From: Octopus vulgaris
Lineage: Eukaryota
Assembly (NCBI GenBank): GCA_951406725.2
Contig: OX597816.1
Location: 70,742,001-70,806,000 of the forward strand
DNA length: 64,000 bases
Direction: 5' to 3'
The notes under the pieces are model-generated. The model did not search any database. It was not told the origin of the DNA and saw nothing but the letters and a program-made list of their open reading frames with translations. Positions 62,545 to 64,000 of the stretch are shown in pieces. The number at the start of each line of letters is the position of its first letter. Position 1 is the first letter of the stretch. The position numbers were made by a program, and so were the translations under genes.

Positions 62545-63280
62545 GCATGTAAAAAGCACCATGCGAACGTAGTTGATGCCAGCGTCCCCTGACTGGCTCC
62601 TGAGCCGGTGGCACGTAAAAAGCACCATCCAAATGTGGTCGAAGCCAGTACCCACTGACTGGTTCCTGTGCCGGTGGCACATAAAAAGCACCATCCAAAT
62701 GTGGTTGAAACCAGTACCCACTGACTGGTTCCTGTGCTGATGGCACGTAAAAAGCACCATCCAAATGTGGTCGAAGCCAGTACCCACTGACTGGTTCCTG
62801 TGCCGGTGGCACATAAAAAGCACCATCCAAATGTGGTTGAAACCAGTACCCACTGACTGGTTCCTGTGCTGGTGGCACGTAAAAAGCACCATCCAAATGT
62901 GGTCGAAGCCAGTACCCACTGACTGGTTCCTGTGCCGGTGGCACATAAAAAGCACCATCCAAATGTGGTTGAAACCAGTACCCACTGACTGGTTCCTGTG
63001 CCGGTGGCACATAAAAAGCACCATCCAAATGTGGTTGAAACCAGTACCCACTGACTGGTTCCTGTGCCGGTGGCACGTAAAAAGCACCATCCAAATGTGG
63101 TCAAAGCCAGTACCCACTCACTGGCTCCTGTGCCGGTGGCACATTAAAAGCACCATACAAATGTGGTGAAAGCCAGTACCCACTCACAGGCTCCTGTGCT
63201 GATGGCACATAAAAAGCACTATCCAAACATGTTTGATGCTAGAATGCCCTGACTGGCACCCGTGCAGGTAGCACATAAAA
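62545..63280 (+). repeat. 66-bp tandem repeat (~11 units) inside an RTE 3' UTR copy
   Basis: GCACCAT-type motif recurs every 66 bp: 62556, 62622, 62688, 62754, 62820, 62886, 62952, 63018, 63084, 63150, 63216. Confidence 0.95.
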
Positions 63281-64000
63281 GCAACCACTACACTCTCGGA
63301 GTGGTTGGCATTAGGAAGGATATCCAGCTGTAGAAACTTTGCCAGATAAGATCGGAGCCTGGTGCACCCTACTGGCATGCCAGTCCTCAATCAAACCATC
63401 CAACCCATACCAGCATGGAAAATGGATGTTAAACGATAATGATAATGATAATGCTCCAAGCTTGCATGGGTTAGATGGAATTTACTGAGGCAGATTTTCT
63501 GTGACCAAATGTCCTTCCTGTTACCAACCCTCAGCTATTTTCAAGCAAGGTAATATTTTCCTAAGTCTGGACAGTTTCCATGGAAGATTGGAAAGGAATA
63601 ACACTGACTGCATGACAATGATACACATTTCCAACCATCTTGTGATGTCAAGACCAGAAGGCACAAACACATGCACAGGAGTGGCTGTGTGGTAAGTAGC
63701 TTGCTTACCAACCACATGGTTTCGGGTTCAGTCCCACTGCATGGCACCTTGAGCAAGTGTCTTCTACTATATCCTCGGGCCGACCAAAGCCTTGTGAATG
63801 GATTTGGTAGGCAGAAACTGAATGAAGCCCATTGTATATATGTATATGTGTATATATATATGCATGTGTTTGTGTGTCTGTGTTTGTCCCCCCAACATTG
63901 CTTGACAACCGATGCTGGTGTGTTTACGTCCCCGTAACTTAGCGGTTCGGCAAAATAGACCGATAGAATAAGTACTAGGCTTACAAAGAATAATTCCTGG

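Noticed and set aside
62545-63280. CRISPR-like regular array, or long ORFs (227, 212, 191, 134 aa)
   Set aside because: Units are contiguous near-identical 66-mers without unique spacers, in a eukaryotic intron; the ORFs arise from a stop-free unit whose length is divisible by 3.

Overview
AT-rich, repeat-dense animal genomic DNA. The repeat landscape and encoded proteins suggest a coleoid cephalopod, most likely Octopus (inference). Two convergent intron-rich genes are present. On +, 14 phase-compatible exons (16387-45993, ~514 codons) encode a leukotriene A4 hydrolase-like M1 aminopeptidase (LTA4H; GGMEN and HEISH-x18-E motifs); its 5' exons were not found in the window. On -, the last 4 exons of RFC4 (62465-52064). 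Introns are filled with tRNA-derived SINEs, 5'-truncated RTE/CR1 LINE ends, non-autonomous Helitrons, mariner/hAT/piggyBac-type MITEs, microsatellites and a decayed 28S rRNA fragment. The most unusual signal is a set of short non-coding retroelement families that carry minimal type I hammerhead ribozyme motifs, some with non-canonical cores. Several have an 'inverted arm + arm + tail' palindromic architecture, three of them bounded by 10-13 bp target-site duplications. The clearest case joins a tRNA (Pol III) head to a hammerhead tail (56335-56837). These resemble Penelope-mobilised SINE/retrozyme hybrids that place long hairpins in host introns. All calls were made by eye; repeat boundaries are approximate.
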